From positions 1-63,354 of the forward strand of contig JANYIG010000093.1 in the NCBI GenBank assembly GCA_025358765.1: DNA of 63,354 nucleotides, written 5' to 3'. The position numbers were made by a program, and so were the translations under genes. Of the stretch, positions 28,684 through 39,004 are shown piece after piece (position 1 is the first letter of the stretch; each line of letters begins with the position of its first letter). The DNA comes from Candidatus Kapaibacterium sp. (GTDB lineage Bacteria; Bacteroidota; Ignavibacteria; Kapaibacteriales; UBA4661). The notes under the pieces are model-generated. The model was not told the origin of the DNA and ran no database searches. It saw nothing but the letters and a program-made list of their open reading frames with translations.

Positions 28684-29631
28684 TTTGGCTAATTGTTTGA
28701 ACAGCTCGCGTTCTTTGTCGGTGAGTAGCTTGGGAAGTTGCACAACCAGCCGTGCATAAAGGTCACCATGTTCGTCAGGTTTAACGTAATGAGGCATTCC
28801 TTGACCTTTCAGGCGCAACTTCGAGCCATTCTGTGATTCTGGAGCGACTTTAATTTTTACTTTGCCCGAAAGTGTCGTTAATTCAATATCTCCGCCCAAA
28901 ATAGCCGTGTAAAGCGGCACGGAAACATCCGTCGTTAAATTATGACCATCGCGTTGGAATTCTGGGTCAGATGCTATGGTCACTACAACATAAATATCCG
29001 GAACCGGAGCAATAGCTGTTGATGCTGGGTTTGGGATCTTGAGTTTTTTTTCATTCTCGATACCGGGCTTTATGCTCAACTTGATTTTTTTACCCTGCAC
29101 AGTAATTGTCTTGTGTGTACCAGCAAATGCCTCTTTGAGGGTAATTTCAACAGGGATATTTGCCTCACTCTCTTTTTTGCTGCTAAATACCGAACTAAAA
29201 AAGTCTGAAAATCCACCGCCAGAACTTTTACCGCTTCCACCAAAACGGTTTCCAAATTCGCTAAAAAAATCATCGTCAGCGGGATTGCCCGAACCATCAG
29301 ATGAACCGGAACGGGGGGTACTTGTACGAGTGCTGCCTGCACGAGCGTTTGATTGTGCGCGTTGCTGCCATGCTCCTGAAGGGTCGGTCGTTCCTTGGCG
29401 CTGCTGTTTGCGCCAGTCGGAACCAAGGCGATCATACTTTTTGCGTTTATCGGGGTCGCCAAGTACCTCATATGCTTCGGTGACATCCCTAAATTTTTGT
29501 TCAGCAACCTTGTCGTTTGGGCGTGCGTCCGGATGATACTGCCGAGCGAGCGAGCGATAGGCTTTTTTAATATCGTCCATAGTGGCGGTTTTGGTCACGC
29601 CAAGCGTTTTGTAATAATCTTTAAATTCCAT
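28672..29631 (-). CDS. DnaJ-class (CbpA-like, no zinc finger) co-chaperone
   Basis: KDYYKTLGV, YHPD, EAYEVL-D--KRKKYD, C-terminal LRLKGQGMP...GDLY. Confidence 0.9.
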   Translation of the reverse strand: MEFKDYYKTLGVTKTATMDDIKKAYRSLARQYHPDARPNDKVAEQKFRDVTEAYEVLGDPDKRKKYDRLGSDWRKQQRQGTTDPSGAWQQRAQSNARAGSTRTSTPRSGSSDGSGNPADDDFFSEFGNRFGGSGKSSGGGFSDFFSSVFSSKKESEANIPVEITLKEAFAGTHKTITVQGKKIKLSIKPGIENEKKLKIPNPASTAIAPVPDIYVVVTIASDPEFQRDGHNLTTDVSVPLYTAILGGDIELTTLSGKVKIKVAPESQNGSKLRLKGQGMPHYVKPDEHGDLYARLVVQLPKLLTDKERELFKQLAKLRT

Positions 29632-29864
29632 ATATGTGCATTCCAAGGGTGCTGTGTGAGCGATGTCGTCATTAGGTTCGTGCGATAGATAGTGAAACCG
29701 CAATTTACATAGCTTTTATGACAAACCGAAGAGCTATGGAAATTATTGGAACGAAGATGTTTGGTAGCGCCGTATTTTTTCGTAGTTTTAAAATCTTGTG
29801 CAAGGCTATAATGCCTTCAATATAGCTCGCAACGGGCTTTTTGTGTGACTGTGAATTTTTCACC

Positions 29865-30806
29865 ATGAATAAACAACGTTCGACGGAAATTAAAGTTGGT
29901 GTGGTAACGCTGGTATCATTGCTGCTGTTTGTGTTGGCGTTGGTGTTTGGGCGCGGCGTGAATCTACGCGGCAGCCAGCCGACAGTAAAAATGCTCTTTC
30001 CTAATTCTGGCGGTCTTGAATTGTCCTCGCCTGTGGCTGTCAATGGCGTGAAACGTGGTACGGTTACGGCAGTGGAGCCATACAACAATGCGGTACTCGT
30101 GACCGCGACGTTAGACAACATCAACGACCTCAAAAAAGATGCTACTGCGCGGCTACTAATGCTGGAAATTACTGGTGGTAAAAAAATAGAAATTGCTCCC
30201 GGAGCAAGTGCTGACGCGCTTGCAAGCGGCGATATGATTCAAGGAAAAACGGCGGCGGATGTGTCGGAATTGATTGCCCTCGTAGGCGATGTGGCAGATA
30301 ATGCAAAATCTATCATCAAAAAACTCGATACCGTGATGACCTCAGCCACAGAGCTGCTTGCGGACGGACAAGTAATATTGGATACAAAAAAAGCGATGCA
30401 CCATCTGAGTTCCGTTGCGGAGACCGCCGACAACTTGCTTGCCCGCAATCGCTCAAGCCTGCAAGCCACGTTTGACGACCTTCGTGTGCTTTCGTCCGAT
30501 TTGCGGAACATTGCCCATACAAATGGTCCTAAGGTGGATTCGCTTGTAAATCGTATTGACAAACTCGTCGTGAGTGCCAACAAATTCCTTGGGAATACGG
30601 AAAAAACCATGCGTGGAGCAGATACGCTTATTGCACAGATAAACGGGCTTGTGCGCGACGTTCGCACGAACGAAGGTGGTTTGGCATACAAACTCGTCTA
30701 TGATAAACAGTTCACCGCACGGCTTGATAGCTTGGTGCTTTCGCTGCGCCGCATTCTTGATATGGATGGTGTGAACGTGAACGTCCGTTTGGGAACGAGA
30801 CCGTAG
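29865..30806 (+). CDS. MlaD/MCE family protein
   Basis: EIKVG transmembrane anchor, SGGL---SPV--NGVK-G-V MCE motif, coiled-coil C-terminus. Confidence 0.85.
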   Translation: MNKQRSTEIKVGVVTLVSLLLFVLALVFGRGVNLRGSQPTVKMLFPNSGGLELSSPVAVNGVKRGTVTAVEPYNNAVLVTATLDNINDLKKDATARLLMLEITGGKKIEIAPGASADALASGDMIQGKTAADVSELIALVGDVADNAKSIIKKLDTVMTSATELLADGQVILDTKKAMHHLSSVAETADNLLARNRSSLQATFDDLRVLSSDLRNIAHTNGPKVDSLVNRIDKLVVSANKFLGNTEKTMRGADTLIAQINGLVRDVRTNEGGLAYKLVYDKQFTARLDSLVLSLRRILDMDGVNVNVRLGTRP

Positions 30807-30847
30807 AATCATTGATTTCTTGAAACCTGAAATTTGAACCTTTGCCC

Positions 30848-31498
30848 ATGAAATGCGCCGCTATAACACCTGAAATCCATCACTATATATGCGAGATGTT
30901 TCCTGCCGAAGACGATTTTTTGCGGCAATTGAACGTTGACTCTGTGCAACACGGAATGCCCGCGATTAGCATTGCGCCGGAGCAGTTGGCATTTCTTCAA
31001 ATGCTCTTGCGTTCACTGTCTGCGAAATATGTGTTAGAAATCGGATCGTTGGCTGGCTATTCAGCAATAGGAATGGCGCGGGTTTTGCCGGAAGATGGCA
31101 AGGTTGTGGCGTTCGAGGTGAATCCCAAACATGCGGAATTTATTCACAAAAAAGCCGTTGCCGCGGGTGTTGACCACAAGATTCAGCTTCACGTGGGCGA
31201 TGCTAAACAGCTTTTGCAAGACTTCGTGCCAAATTTCGAGTTCGATTTTGTTTTCATTGATGCCGAAAAGACAGGCTACGTGCGCTATCTGGAGCTGTCA
31301 GCACCACTCGTCCGCAAAGGCGGGATCATCTGCGGCGACAATACGCTGGCGTGGGGTGAAATTGCTAACGGTGCAAGTGCGGATACCACTGTTCAAGCGC
31401 TTCAGGCGTTCAACCGCGCTATGAGTACGGACGACCGCCTACAATCCTGCTTGGTTCCGATTGCCGACGGAATGACACTTGGTACAAAATTTCGTTGA
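30848..31498 (+). CDS. Cation-dependent O-methyltransferase (Methyltransf_3 type)
   Basis: VLEIGSLAGYS, FDFVFIDAEK, GG-I--DNTL--G, PIADGMT. Confidence 0.88.
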   Translation: MKCAAITPEIHHYICEMFPAEDDFLRQLNVDSVQHGMPAISIAPEQLAFLQMLLRSLSAKYVLEIGSLAGYSAIGMARVLPEDGKVVAFEVNPKHAEFIHKKAVAAGVDHKIQLHVGDAKQLLQDFVPNFEFDFVFIDAEKTGYVRYLELSAPLVRKGGIICGDNTLAWGEIANGASADTTVQALQAFNRAMSTDDRLQSCLVPIADGMTLGTKFR

Positions 31499-31511
31499 TA
31501 CTTCCTTCACT

Positions 31512-32522
31512 ATGAGCCGCTCCACAATCACCATCAAACTGTACACCGAGAAGCACCGCGCTTTGTGGGATACGTTCGTGGATACGGCGAATAACGGCAC
31601 AATGTTCCATAAACAAACATTTTTGGCATACCATCCCGCAGAACGATTTTTATTTCACCACCTGATGTTCTACGAAGGCGAAGAACTTGTGGCTGTGCTT
31701 CCGGGCGGTATCAAACAGAATTTCCACAACCGCGAAGTATTTTGGTCGCCCATAGGTGCAAGCTATGGCGGGCTTGTGACGGGCGACATCAGCTTTGAAC
31801 GTGCCTTGCGGCTTGTGGATGCGTTGATAGAGTATGGTCGTCGCGCTGGATGGAGCGATATCTATATGATCCCACCGCCTATTATCTACAATCGGGTAAT
31901 GACCCAGCATTTAGAATATGCGATGCTCTACCGACGGTTCGACTATGAACTGCACTATATCTCCCATGCGGTTGACCTCTCTATGGGCGCTGACTCCGAG
32001 GATGTTATTGAGCAATACGGAAAATCAGCGCGGAAAACCGTGCGAAAAATTTTGCGCGAAGGAAGGATTACGACTGCTGAACGGAGCGATGACGAAAGCT
32101 ACAGGGTATTCTACGAGATTTTGCTTGAGAATAAACGCAAACATAATGCTACCCCAACGCATTCGTTAGGGGAAATGATAAAATTGCGGGAATTGATGCC
32201 AGAGAATATCAAATTACTCTCTGTCTATCACGACGGCAAGCCGATAGCCGGTTCGTGGTTGTTCGTCTGCAATCGTGATGTGGTGCTATGTTTCTATAAT
32301 ATGTTGTTGTATGAATACCAGCATTTGAACCCAATTTATCTTGTGATGCACGAAACTGTACGTTGGGCACACGCAAATGGTTATCGCTGGGTGGACATTG
32401 GTGTTTCACAGGTTCCGGGCGACCCTGACCCAATGACACCTTCGATGAATTTAATTGAGTTCAAAGAACGTTTCCATGCGCGAGGCGTGATTCGGAGTAC
32501 CTATCATTACGCTTTTGTGTAA
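31512..32522 (+). CDS. GNAT/FemAB-like tandem acetyltransferase-domain protein
   Basis: WDTFV---NNGTMFH---FL-YH, SP-GASYGG, PTHS--E, A--NGY--VD-G. Confidence 0.75.
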   Translation: MSRSTITIKLYTEKHRALWDTFVDTANNGTMFHKQTFLAYHPAERFLFHHLMFYEGEELVAVLPGGIKQNFHNREVFWSPIGASYGGLVTGDISFERALRLVDALIEYGRRAGWSDIYMIPPPIIYNRVMTQHLEYAMLYRRFDYELHYISHAVDLSMGADSEDVIEQYGKSARKTVRKILREGRITTAERSDDESYRVFYEILLENKRKHNATPTHSLGEMIKLRELMPENIKLLSVYHDGKPIAGSWLFVCNRDVVLCFYNMLLYEYQHLNPIYLVMHETVRWAHANGYRWVDIGVSQVPGDPDPMTPSMNLIEFKERFHARGVIRSTYHYAFV

Positions 32523-32592
32523 TCCGAATTATCATCTTTGCACCAACCCCATAACAATTCATCTCTTTGCGTCGGCATTGATTGAATTTGCG

Positions 32593-32623
32593 TTTGCACT
32601 TTGTCACAAAATACCTATATTTG
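32593..32623 (+). promoter_or_regulatory. Bacteroidota-type promoter (TTTG-N19-TATATTTG) for the S1-domain gene
   Basis: Exact match to the -33/-7 consensus. Confidence 0.7.
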
Positions 32624-32713
32624 CGGTCTGTCTTTTTTACCCCACATTATTTGGCGGAATGACAGAAGCTAATTCTATCATTTTTTGTATGACTTTTTTG
32701 CTGCTGTCCCGAT

Positions 32714-34246
32714 ATGAGTGACGAACTGAACCCACAAGAAGGTGCTGTTGCGACCGAAGAATCAACGACTGCGCCCGTAGCTACTGAAGCAATTGCTGAA
32801 ATAATTACCGAAGTAAATATTGATGCGCCTGTTGAAGTCGCTATTGAAACTCCGATGCCCGCACCCACTGATGCGGTTGCTGCTGAGGTAATTCCTTCGG
32901 AAGTCCCTGCTTCGGAAGTCCCTGCTTCGGAAGCAAATGTTTCAGAGGCAGAGCCTGCTCCAGCCCCTGCAAAACAGCCTGACTACGACATTGATGCAAT
33001 TTATGCAGAACTCGTAACGGCGAAAAATAATAAATCACCATTGGAGGTATTAGGCTTGCGCCGCGTACGCGGTGGTATTTTGGTCGGCTACAAAAATATG
33101 CCGCTCTTTTTACCAACGTCACATTTATCACTCAAATCAAACCCCAGTGAGAATGAGCTTCTGGGACTAATTCAGAAAAATTTTACGGTTCATGTTCACG
33201 AATTGAACGATGCGGACAAAACGAAAGTTATCGTTAGCCGTCGCCGTTCGTTGCGCGTAGAATCGTTGGATGAATTTAAGGTTGGTCAAATCGTTGAAGG
33301 CAAAGTTGTATCGCTCACCGATTTTGGTGCATTTATCAATTTGGGTAGTGTAGATGGCATGGTTCACGTGTCCGCAATGTCGCGTCGGCGTGTTACACAT
33401 CCTTCCGAAATTCTGCAAAAAGGCGATACAGTTCGTGCTGTTGTGAAAGAAATCAATCAAGGTAGTCAACGCCTCTCGTTGAGCATGAAAGACTTGGAAG
33501 CTGACCCGTGGACGGGTGCAGCCGCTGAGTTTCCGGCAGGTGGCAAACACACAGGCAAAGTTAAAAGTCTGACTGATTTTGGCGCATATATTGAGCTGAA
33601 ACCGGGCGTTGAGGGCTTAGTACACATCTCCGAGATGTCTTGGGCACGCCGCATCAAACATCCATCTGAATTGTTCCAAGCCGGTCAGGAAATTACGGTG
33701 CAGGTGTTAGAAATTTCTGAAGAAAAACACAAAGTAGCACTCGGCTACAAACAAACGCAGCCAAACCCTTGGGACGGCATTAACGAACGATTCCAAGTTG
33801 GTCAAGTCGTCACTGGAACGGTGAAAGAGGTCATCAATCGTGGTGTCGTCGTGAACATTGCAGATGATATTGATGCCTTTATGCCGCGCGGCAAGATGCA
33901 TCCTTCGGTTCGTAGCCAAAATGCTCCGTTTAATGTGGGCGATAAAATTGAAAACGTTCTTGTGATGGATGTTGTGGCAGAAAATCACTCGCTTATCTTG
34001 GGTATGGAAGGTTTCGACCAAGGTAGTGGTGACGATGCTCCGCGTGAACCACGTGGCGAACGCGGCGAGCGAGGCGGCAATCGCGGTGGTGGTCGTGACC
34101 GAGGCGATAGAGGTAATCGTGGTGGTCGTGACCGTGACCGAGGCGAACAAGTATCTATACCAGAAGCAAAGCAGGATGTTTCACTTGCGGACTTGCTCTC
34201 CGATGAAGAGAAACGTAAGTTGTTTGGTGATGATGCTTCATCATAA
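32714..34246 (+). CDS. Ribosomal protein S1-like protein (about four S1 domains, acidic N-tail, RG-rich C-tail)
   Basis: [51 protein letters not shown]. Confidence 0.85.
   Translation: [510 protein letters not shown]
32895..32933 (+). repeat. In-frame 15-bp tandem repeat (PASEV units)
   Basis: CTTCGGAAGTCCCTG x2 plus a partial third copy. Confidence 0.85.
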
Positions 34247-34312
34247 GAATGTGAATACTGCGAAACAGAATATCTTCGCAGCGCCTTAACACTTTTTAAC
34301 ATAGAAGACACG

Positions 34313-34353
34313 AAAGCCGATAGGTTCCACGTCAGGATGCTATCGGCTTTTTT
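34313..34353 (+). terminator. Rho-independent terminator after the S1-like gene
   Basis: AAAGCCGATAG...CTATCGGCTTT followed by T run. Confidence 0.8.
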
Positions 34354-34434
34354 CGTATATTGTTGTGCAATGCTTACCCAAAGCAGTTGCCATCCCATAA
34401 CTACACTCTTATTCAGCCTTTCCGACGATTGACG

Positions 34435-35286
34435 ATGCACATTTCCATCACCACACGCGGTTTTGTTCGTAAATTCGCTTGCATACTCTTGTATGCAGGA
34501 TTTTTAGTGACAGCCTTCAGCGTTTACGCCGTCGCCCAATCATCTTCCAAGAAGAATACGCGTTCGCAGCCCATAGATTCCAGCAAAACCAGCATTCTGC
34601 AGCGTAAAGACATCCCAACCAGCTACGTAAATTCCAGCGATTCCACAAGGAGCGAGGCAGATACAACCAAACCTGTTGGGACAACGACACCCGGCGAGTA
34701 CCCGTTCACGCCTGAACAAGACAAAGCGTTTTACGAAGCAATGCAAGTGAAAATTCCAGCATCAATGAGGTTCCAAGCGGATGCACAGCGTTTTTCGCAA
34801 GCGTGGATGGCGCTTCAAGAGCTTCGCCGAAAAGACCCGATGGCAACAGCATTCTCAAACATGAGCGTTCCGGCTTCCATGTACATTCCCACCGCCCGCG
34901 AACAGACGGCATACGATTACGGTATTGCCCAGTCATTCACAATTCCGGGCATTTACGAGCCATTCAAAGGCGGAGGTGTAGGAAAAGGCAATGGCTTACA
35001 CATCCCGCTATCACTGATTGGTCAGCTTTTAGGGCTGGTGGAAGATGTTTCGCCAACATTTTCGTATAGTGTCGAACAGCCGTCTGCGGAAGTGGAAGTG
35101 ATAGTTTATTCTGTGCAAGCGCGTTCTGTAGCCCATATTGTAAAAACCCGCCAAAATGAGGGCAGCTACACAATGACATGGAATTTGAAAAATGACGCAG
35201 GCTTGCCTGTGCCGCGCGGCGACTATATCGCTGAAACTCGTATTAGCAACACGAGAATTTTCCGCAAGCGCATTCGAGTGGAGTAA
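34435..35286 (+). CDS. Exported protein with a C-terminal FlgD-Ig/T9SS-CTD-like domain
   Basis: Signal-like N-terminus; C-terminal V-VIVYS---R-V...GSY---WN-KND-G--V--GDY. Confidence 0.6.
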   Translation: MHISITTRGFVRKFACILLYAGFLVTAFSVYAVAQSSSKKNTRSQPIDSSKTSILQRKDIPTSYVNSSDSTRSEADTTKPVGTTTPGEYPFTPEQDKAFYEAMQVKIPASMRFQADAQRFSQAWMALQELRRKDPMATAFSNMSVPASMYIPTAREQTAYDYGIAQSFTIPGIYEPFKGGGVGKGNGLHIPLSLIGQLLGLVEDVSPTFSYSVEQPSAEVEVIVYSVQARSVAHIVKTRQNEGSYTMTWNLKNDAGLPVPRGDYIAETRISNTRIFRKRIRVE

Positions 35287-35393
35287 CACAGACCAATGTC
35301 GGTAAACTGTTAATAGTTCCCATTTCTCAATGTATTTCTTGAGAATGCCCGTACCATCCCATACATAGAGTTACACTAACGTTTCTTTAATTC

Positions 35394-36068
35394 CTATCGT
35401 CTGCGGACGCTACCACTGCCGCTTACGGATTGGCTGATGGAAGGGTTGCCCTTGTATGCAACATCTCCACTGCCGGAAATGCTCACCTTCAATTGTTTTG
35501 TGGCATTCACTTCGCAATCGCCCGAACCCGAAACCTTTATTGTTGCATTCTCTGATTCAAGGTCAAAACAGGACAAACTGCCGGAGCCGCTGATACGGGC
35601 ATCGTGTACGGTTGCCTTGCCAGCAAGTTTGATATTGCCGGAGCCGCTAATTGACGTGTACAAGTCATTGGTAGTTATCGGCGTTTTCCCTACGATGTCG
35701 CCTGAGCCCGACACGGTGAGTTTATGCACTTCCGGCATTGTTACATGCACTTTCAGTGTGACATTATTGTAACTGCCGTTTTCCATTTCGACTCCCAAAA
35801 CGCCGTTTTTTACTTCAGTCCGTACTTTTTTTATCACATTATCATCGGCTTCGATGCGAAGGCTTAACGGCGAACCTTGCGTGACATACACATTGCCGCT
35901 ACCCGACAGATGTACTCCTGAAAATGATTCAGTCGTGCGGTTTTCCGACACAATAGTCCCAGAGCCTTTCACACGCTCGCCACCACCCCACCATTGAGCA
36001 TTGGCGGTCGTTACAAATGATGCCGTACACACAAGTAATAGCGCGGACATGAGAATAGAAGATTTCAT
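35394..36068 (-). CDS. Head GIN (DUF2807) domain protein
   Basis: Signal peptide; repeated SGSG beta-solenoid motifs, YKGNP. Confidence 0.9.
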   Translation of the reverse strand: MKSSILMSALLLVCTASFVTTANAQWWGGGERVKGSGTIVSENRTTESFSGVHLSGSGNVYVTQGSPLSLRIEADDNVIKKVRTEVKNGVLGVEMENGSYNNVTLKVHVTMPEVHKLTVSGSGDIVGKTPITTNDLYTSISGSGNIKLAGKATVHDARISGSGSLSCFDLESENATIKVSGSGDCEVNATKQLKVSISGSGDVAYKGNPSISQSVSGSGSVRRR

Positions 36069-36120
36069 AGCGGTTTCTCCAGAATTGAATAGAACAAGAG
36101 TGGAATATTCTTTTGGTAAT

Positions 36121-36149
36121 GATACGCATTGTCCCGAAAAAAAGTTGCG
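36121..36149 (-). promoter_or_regulatory. Possible ECF promoter (CGCAAC-N17-CGTATC) for the DUF2807 gene
   Basis: AAC -35 and CGT -10 cores at ECF spacing. Confidence 0.4.
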
Positions 36150-36206
36150 TTCAAGAGGGTGCAAAGCGGGAAAGGATATTTTCTTATGGCAATTATTTCG
36201 ACGCTT

Positions 36207-37535
36207 TTAAAAGAGTACCCAGCACCGTGTGGGTTCGTTCGAGGTACTCTCTACGTGAAACGAAAATTTGTGAGCCGCACAAACTTCTTGTGTAAATGTA
36301 AGTCCAATGCCTTGTCCTTGCTCTTTTGTGCTAAAAAATGGCGTTAGAAGCTGCGCTTGAACCTCTGGCGAAAAACCGCTTCCTGTATCTTCGATGCACA
36401 CGAATGGTTCCCTGTTGTGCTTCTCGAAAGGTCGGTTACCCAAACGAATGGTAATAATACCCTCTTCACCGATTGCCTCTACTGCGTTTTTGATGAGGTT
36501 GATAAACACGTGTTCCATCTGTGCTTTATCCATAAAAACATCTTCCAACGCCGACTCTATCTGCCATTGCACCGTAATTTTTTGTTCTCGACATTGTTCA
36601 CGGAACAACATGACGATATTTTCCAAGAGCTGCTGTACATCGCACTGTTGCTTCGTTGGCGCAGGAAGTTTTACGACCTCGGCATACCGTTTCATAAATG
36701 CCGCAAGCTGCTCGGAGCGCTTAATAGCAACATGTAATGCCATTTCAAAATCGGCACGGTCGTCGGAAGCCTCATTGGTACTGATGTGCGGAGCATAGCG
36801 TAAACACGACGACAGGAGCGAGGTTGTCGCTCCAACAGAATTATTCACTTCATGCGCCAGCAGACGAATAACGCGCTCGTAGGCGGCTTTTTCGCTTGCG
36901 CGGAGTTCGTCGGTCAGCTCTTCTATCATCACAAAAGTGCGTGGAAACCCTCTATCCATAAACTGTGCCTTTTGCACCTTAAAGCGCCGTACACCGTGCG
37001 TCAGTACATCTGCCGCGCTCATATTCATACGACTTATGGATTCTGCAAACGGAAGATTGCTTTCCATCAAGGTTTTGCCAAACATTGTCGGCATATGAAC
37101 GTCAAACATCGCTTCAACGCTTGGGTTCATGTTCGTGATTTGACCGTCGAACCCCAAAATAATGATGCCGGCGGGCGAAGCGGCAATGATGGTTGAAAGC
37201 AGATATTCTTGCTCTTGCAACCGCAACCGCTCCTCACGAAGGCTTGCGATCATCGCGTTATAGACGCTAATAAGCGTATCGGTTTCGGGTTGCCCGACGA
37301 GCTTCAGAAATGAGGTAAAATCTCGCTCTTTCAAAAACTCTGCGCTTTCGACGATAAGCTGCAAGGGCGTAAAAAATCCTGCAAACAAACGGTATGCAAT
37401 GATAAATGACACTATACACGAAACCTCTATCGCAAGCAACCATGCTGCTTCTGAGCGTAGCAGATAAACAAAAGCTGCTCCACACACGAGATGAAGTCCG
37501 GCAAGATAGATGATAAATTTATGTCGGAGGTTCAT
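36207..37535 (-). CDS. Membrane sensor histidine kinase (HAMP-PAS-kinase)
   Basis: Two N-terminal TM helices, LAHEVNNS, NLIKNAVEA, DTGSG, PFFSTK, GQGIGL. Confidence 0.92.
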   Translation of the reverse strand: MNLRHKFIIYLAGLHLVCGAAFVYLLRSEAAWLLAIEVSCIVSFIIAYRLFAGFFTPLQLIVESAEFLKERDFTSFLKLVGQPETDTLISVYNAMIASLREERLRLQEQEYLLSTIIAASPAGIIILGFDGQITNMNPSVEAMFDVHMPTMFGKTLMESNLPFAESISRMNMSAADVLTHGVRRFKVQKAQFMDRGFPRTFVMIEELTDELRASEKAAYERVIRLLAHEVNNSVGATTSLLSSCLRYAPHISTNEASDDRADFEMALHVAIKRSEQLAAFMKRYAEVVKLPAPTKQQCDVQQLLENIVMLFREQCREQKITVQWQIESALEDVFMDKAQMEHVFINLIKNAVEAIGEEGIITIRLGNRPFEKHNREPFVCIEDTGSGFSPEVQAQLLTPFFSTKEQGQGIGLTFTQEVCAAHKFSFHVESTSNEPTRCWVLF

Positions 37536-37561
37536 AGATTTTAATACTATTTACAACGCCA

Positions 37562-38935
37562 TTACAAAACAATGCCGTACTTCTCAAGCCGCCGGTAAAG
37601 CGCCTGTCGCGTCAAACCTAATGTTTCTGCAACATGCGAGACATTGCCCGGAAACTGTTCCAACGTCTTCAGAATCATCGCCCGCTCTACTTCGTCCAAC
37701 GTCATGCTGCCCACCGCCGGGAGCATATCTTTCCGTGATTCTTCCTGTTCAATGGCAAGCGCTGCAAGGAAATCTCTGGTTTCTAATGCCGTTCCCGTAC
37801 TCATCAACACCGTACGCTCAATCAGATGTTTGAGTTCGCGGATGTTTCCCGGGAAGTTCCGTCCTTGCAGCCATTTCAGCGCACCCGGCGCTATGGAGCC
37901 AACTTCACGACGATACTGATGGGCGGCGGCGATCAGAAAATGTGAAGCGAGCAAAGGAATATCATCGCGCCGTTCGCGCAATGGCGGCAGGTGTACGGCG
38001 ATTAAGTTCAAGCGATACAGCAAATCCTCGCGGAACCGTCCGTGCGAAATCATGTCCTGCAAATTGCGGTTGGTTGCAGAAATCACCCGTACATCCACAG
38101 TGCGCGTCATGCTGGAGCCAACTGCCTCGAACGTGCGTTCTTGCAACACTCGGAGGAGTTTTACTTGGCAGGAAAAATCGAGGTCGCCAATTTCATCCAG
38201 AAAAATTGTTCCCGCATCGGCATGTTCAAACCTACCTTTGCGGTCGCTTACTGCGCTCGTGAACGCACCTTTGACGTGTCCAAACAGCTCGCTTTCAAAC
38301 AACGTCGGCGTGATGCTGCCTAAATTCACCTTCACTGACGGCTTTTCGCGGCGCTTGCTGTTGCTGTGAATAGCATCGGCAATGAGTTCTTTGCCCGTAC
38401 CACTTTCACCCGTAATCAGCACTGGCGCTTCTGTTGCAGCGATTCTTCCCACAATATCGAGAATGTGCATAAGTTTCGGGTCGTGTCCGATGATGCCCTT
38501 AAAATTATATCGTGCATCAAGCTCCTCCCGCGAAAATGAGGTTGTATCAGCCTTTGCAGCGTTGATATCCAACACCGTTTCGATACGGCGGATAATCTGT
38601 TCGTTCGTCCAAGGTTTTGTGATAAAGTCTGCTGCTCCATATTTCATGCCTCGCACAGCCAACTCAATCGAACCCCACGCCGTTATCAACATCACAGGCA
38701 ATGCGGGAAACTCTGTTTTGATGTTTTCCAACAGCTGCAATCCCTCTTCACCACTTGTTTTACGGGAAAAATTCATGTCTTGCAATACAGCGTCGAATAT
38801 TTCGCGGCGCAAGCATTGAAGGGCTTCTTGAGCATTTGCCGCTGTGCGCGAGGCGTAACCAGCTTGTTTGAGTGCCAGTGCCAGCGACGCAAGGACGGAA
38901 GCGTCATCATCTACAATAAGAATGGTTCGGTTCAT
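37562..38935 (-). CDS. Sigma-54-dependent response regulator (NtrC family)
   Basis: Receiver domain, GESGTGKE, ESELFGHVKGAFT, FLDEIG, FREDLLYRLN, FPGNIREL, Fis-type HTH. Confidence 0.95.
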   Translation of the reverse strand: MNRTILIVDDDASVLASLALALKQAGYASRTAANAQEALQCLRREIFDAVLQDMNFSRKTSGEEGLQLLENIKTEFPALPVMLITAWGSIELAVRGMKYGAADFITKPWTNEQIIRRIETVLDINAAKADTTSFSREELDARYNFKGIIGHDPKLMHILDIVGRIAATEAPVLITGESGTGKELIADAIHSNSKRREKPSVKVNLGSITPTLFESELFGHVKGAFTSAVSDRKGRFEHADAGTIFLDEIGDLDFSCQVKLLRVLQERTFEAVGSSMTRTVDVRVISATNRNLQDMISHGRFREDLLYRLNLIAVHLPPLRERRDDIPLLASHFLIAAAHQYRREVGSIAPGALKWLQGRNFPGNIRELKHLIERTVLMSTGTALETRDFLAALAIEQEESRKDMLPAVGSMTLDEVERAMILKTLEQFPGNVSHVAETLGLTRQALYRRLEKYGIVL

Positions 38936-39004
38936 ACATGGTTTCAGTAAGCGGATTCAAAAACGAAGATACGACGGATTCTGCAATGTATGACTTTGGG
39001 ATAG

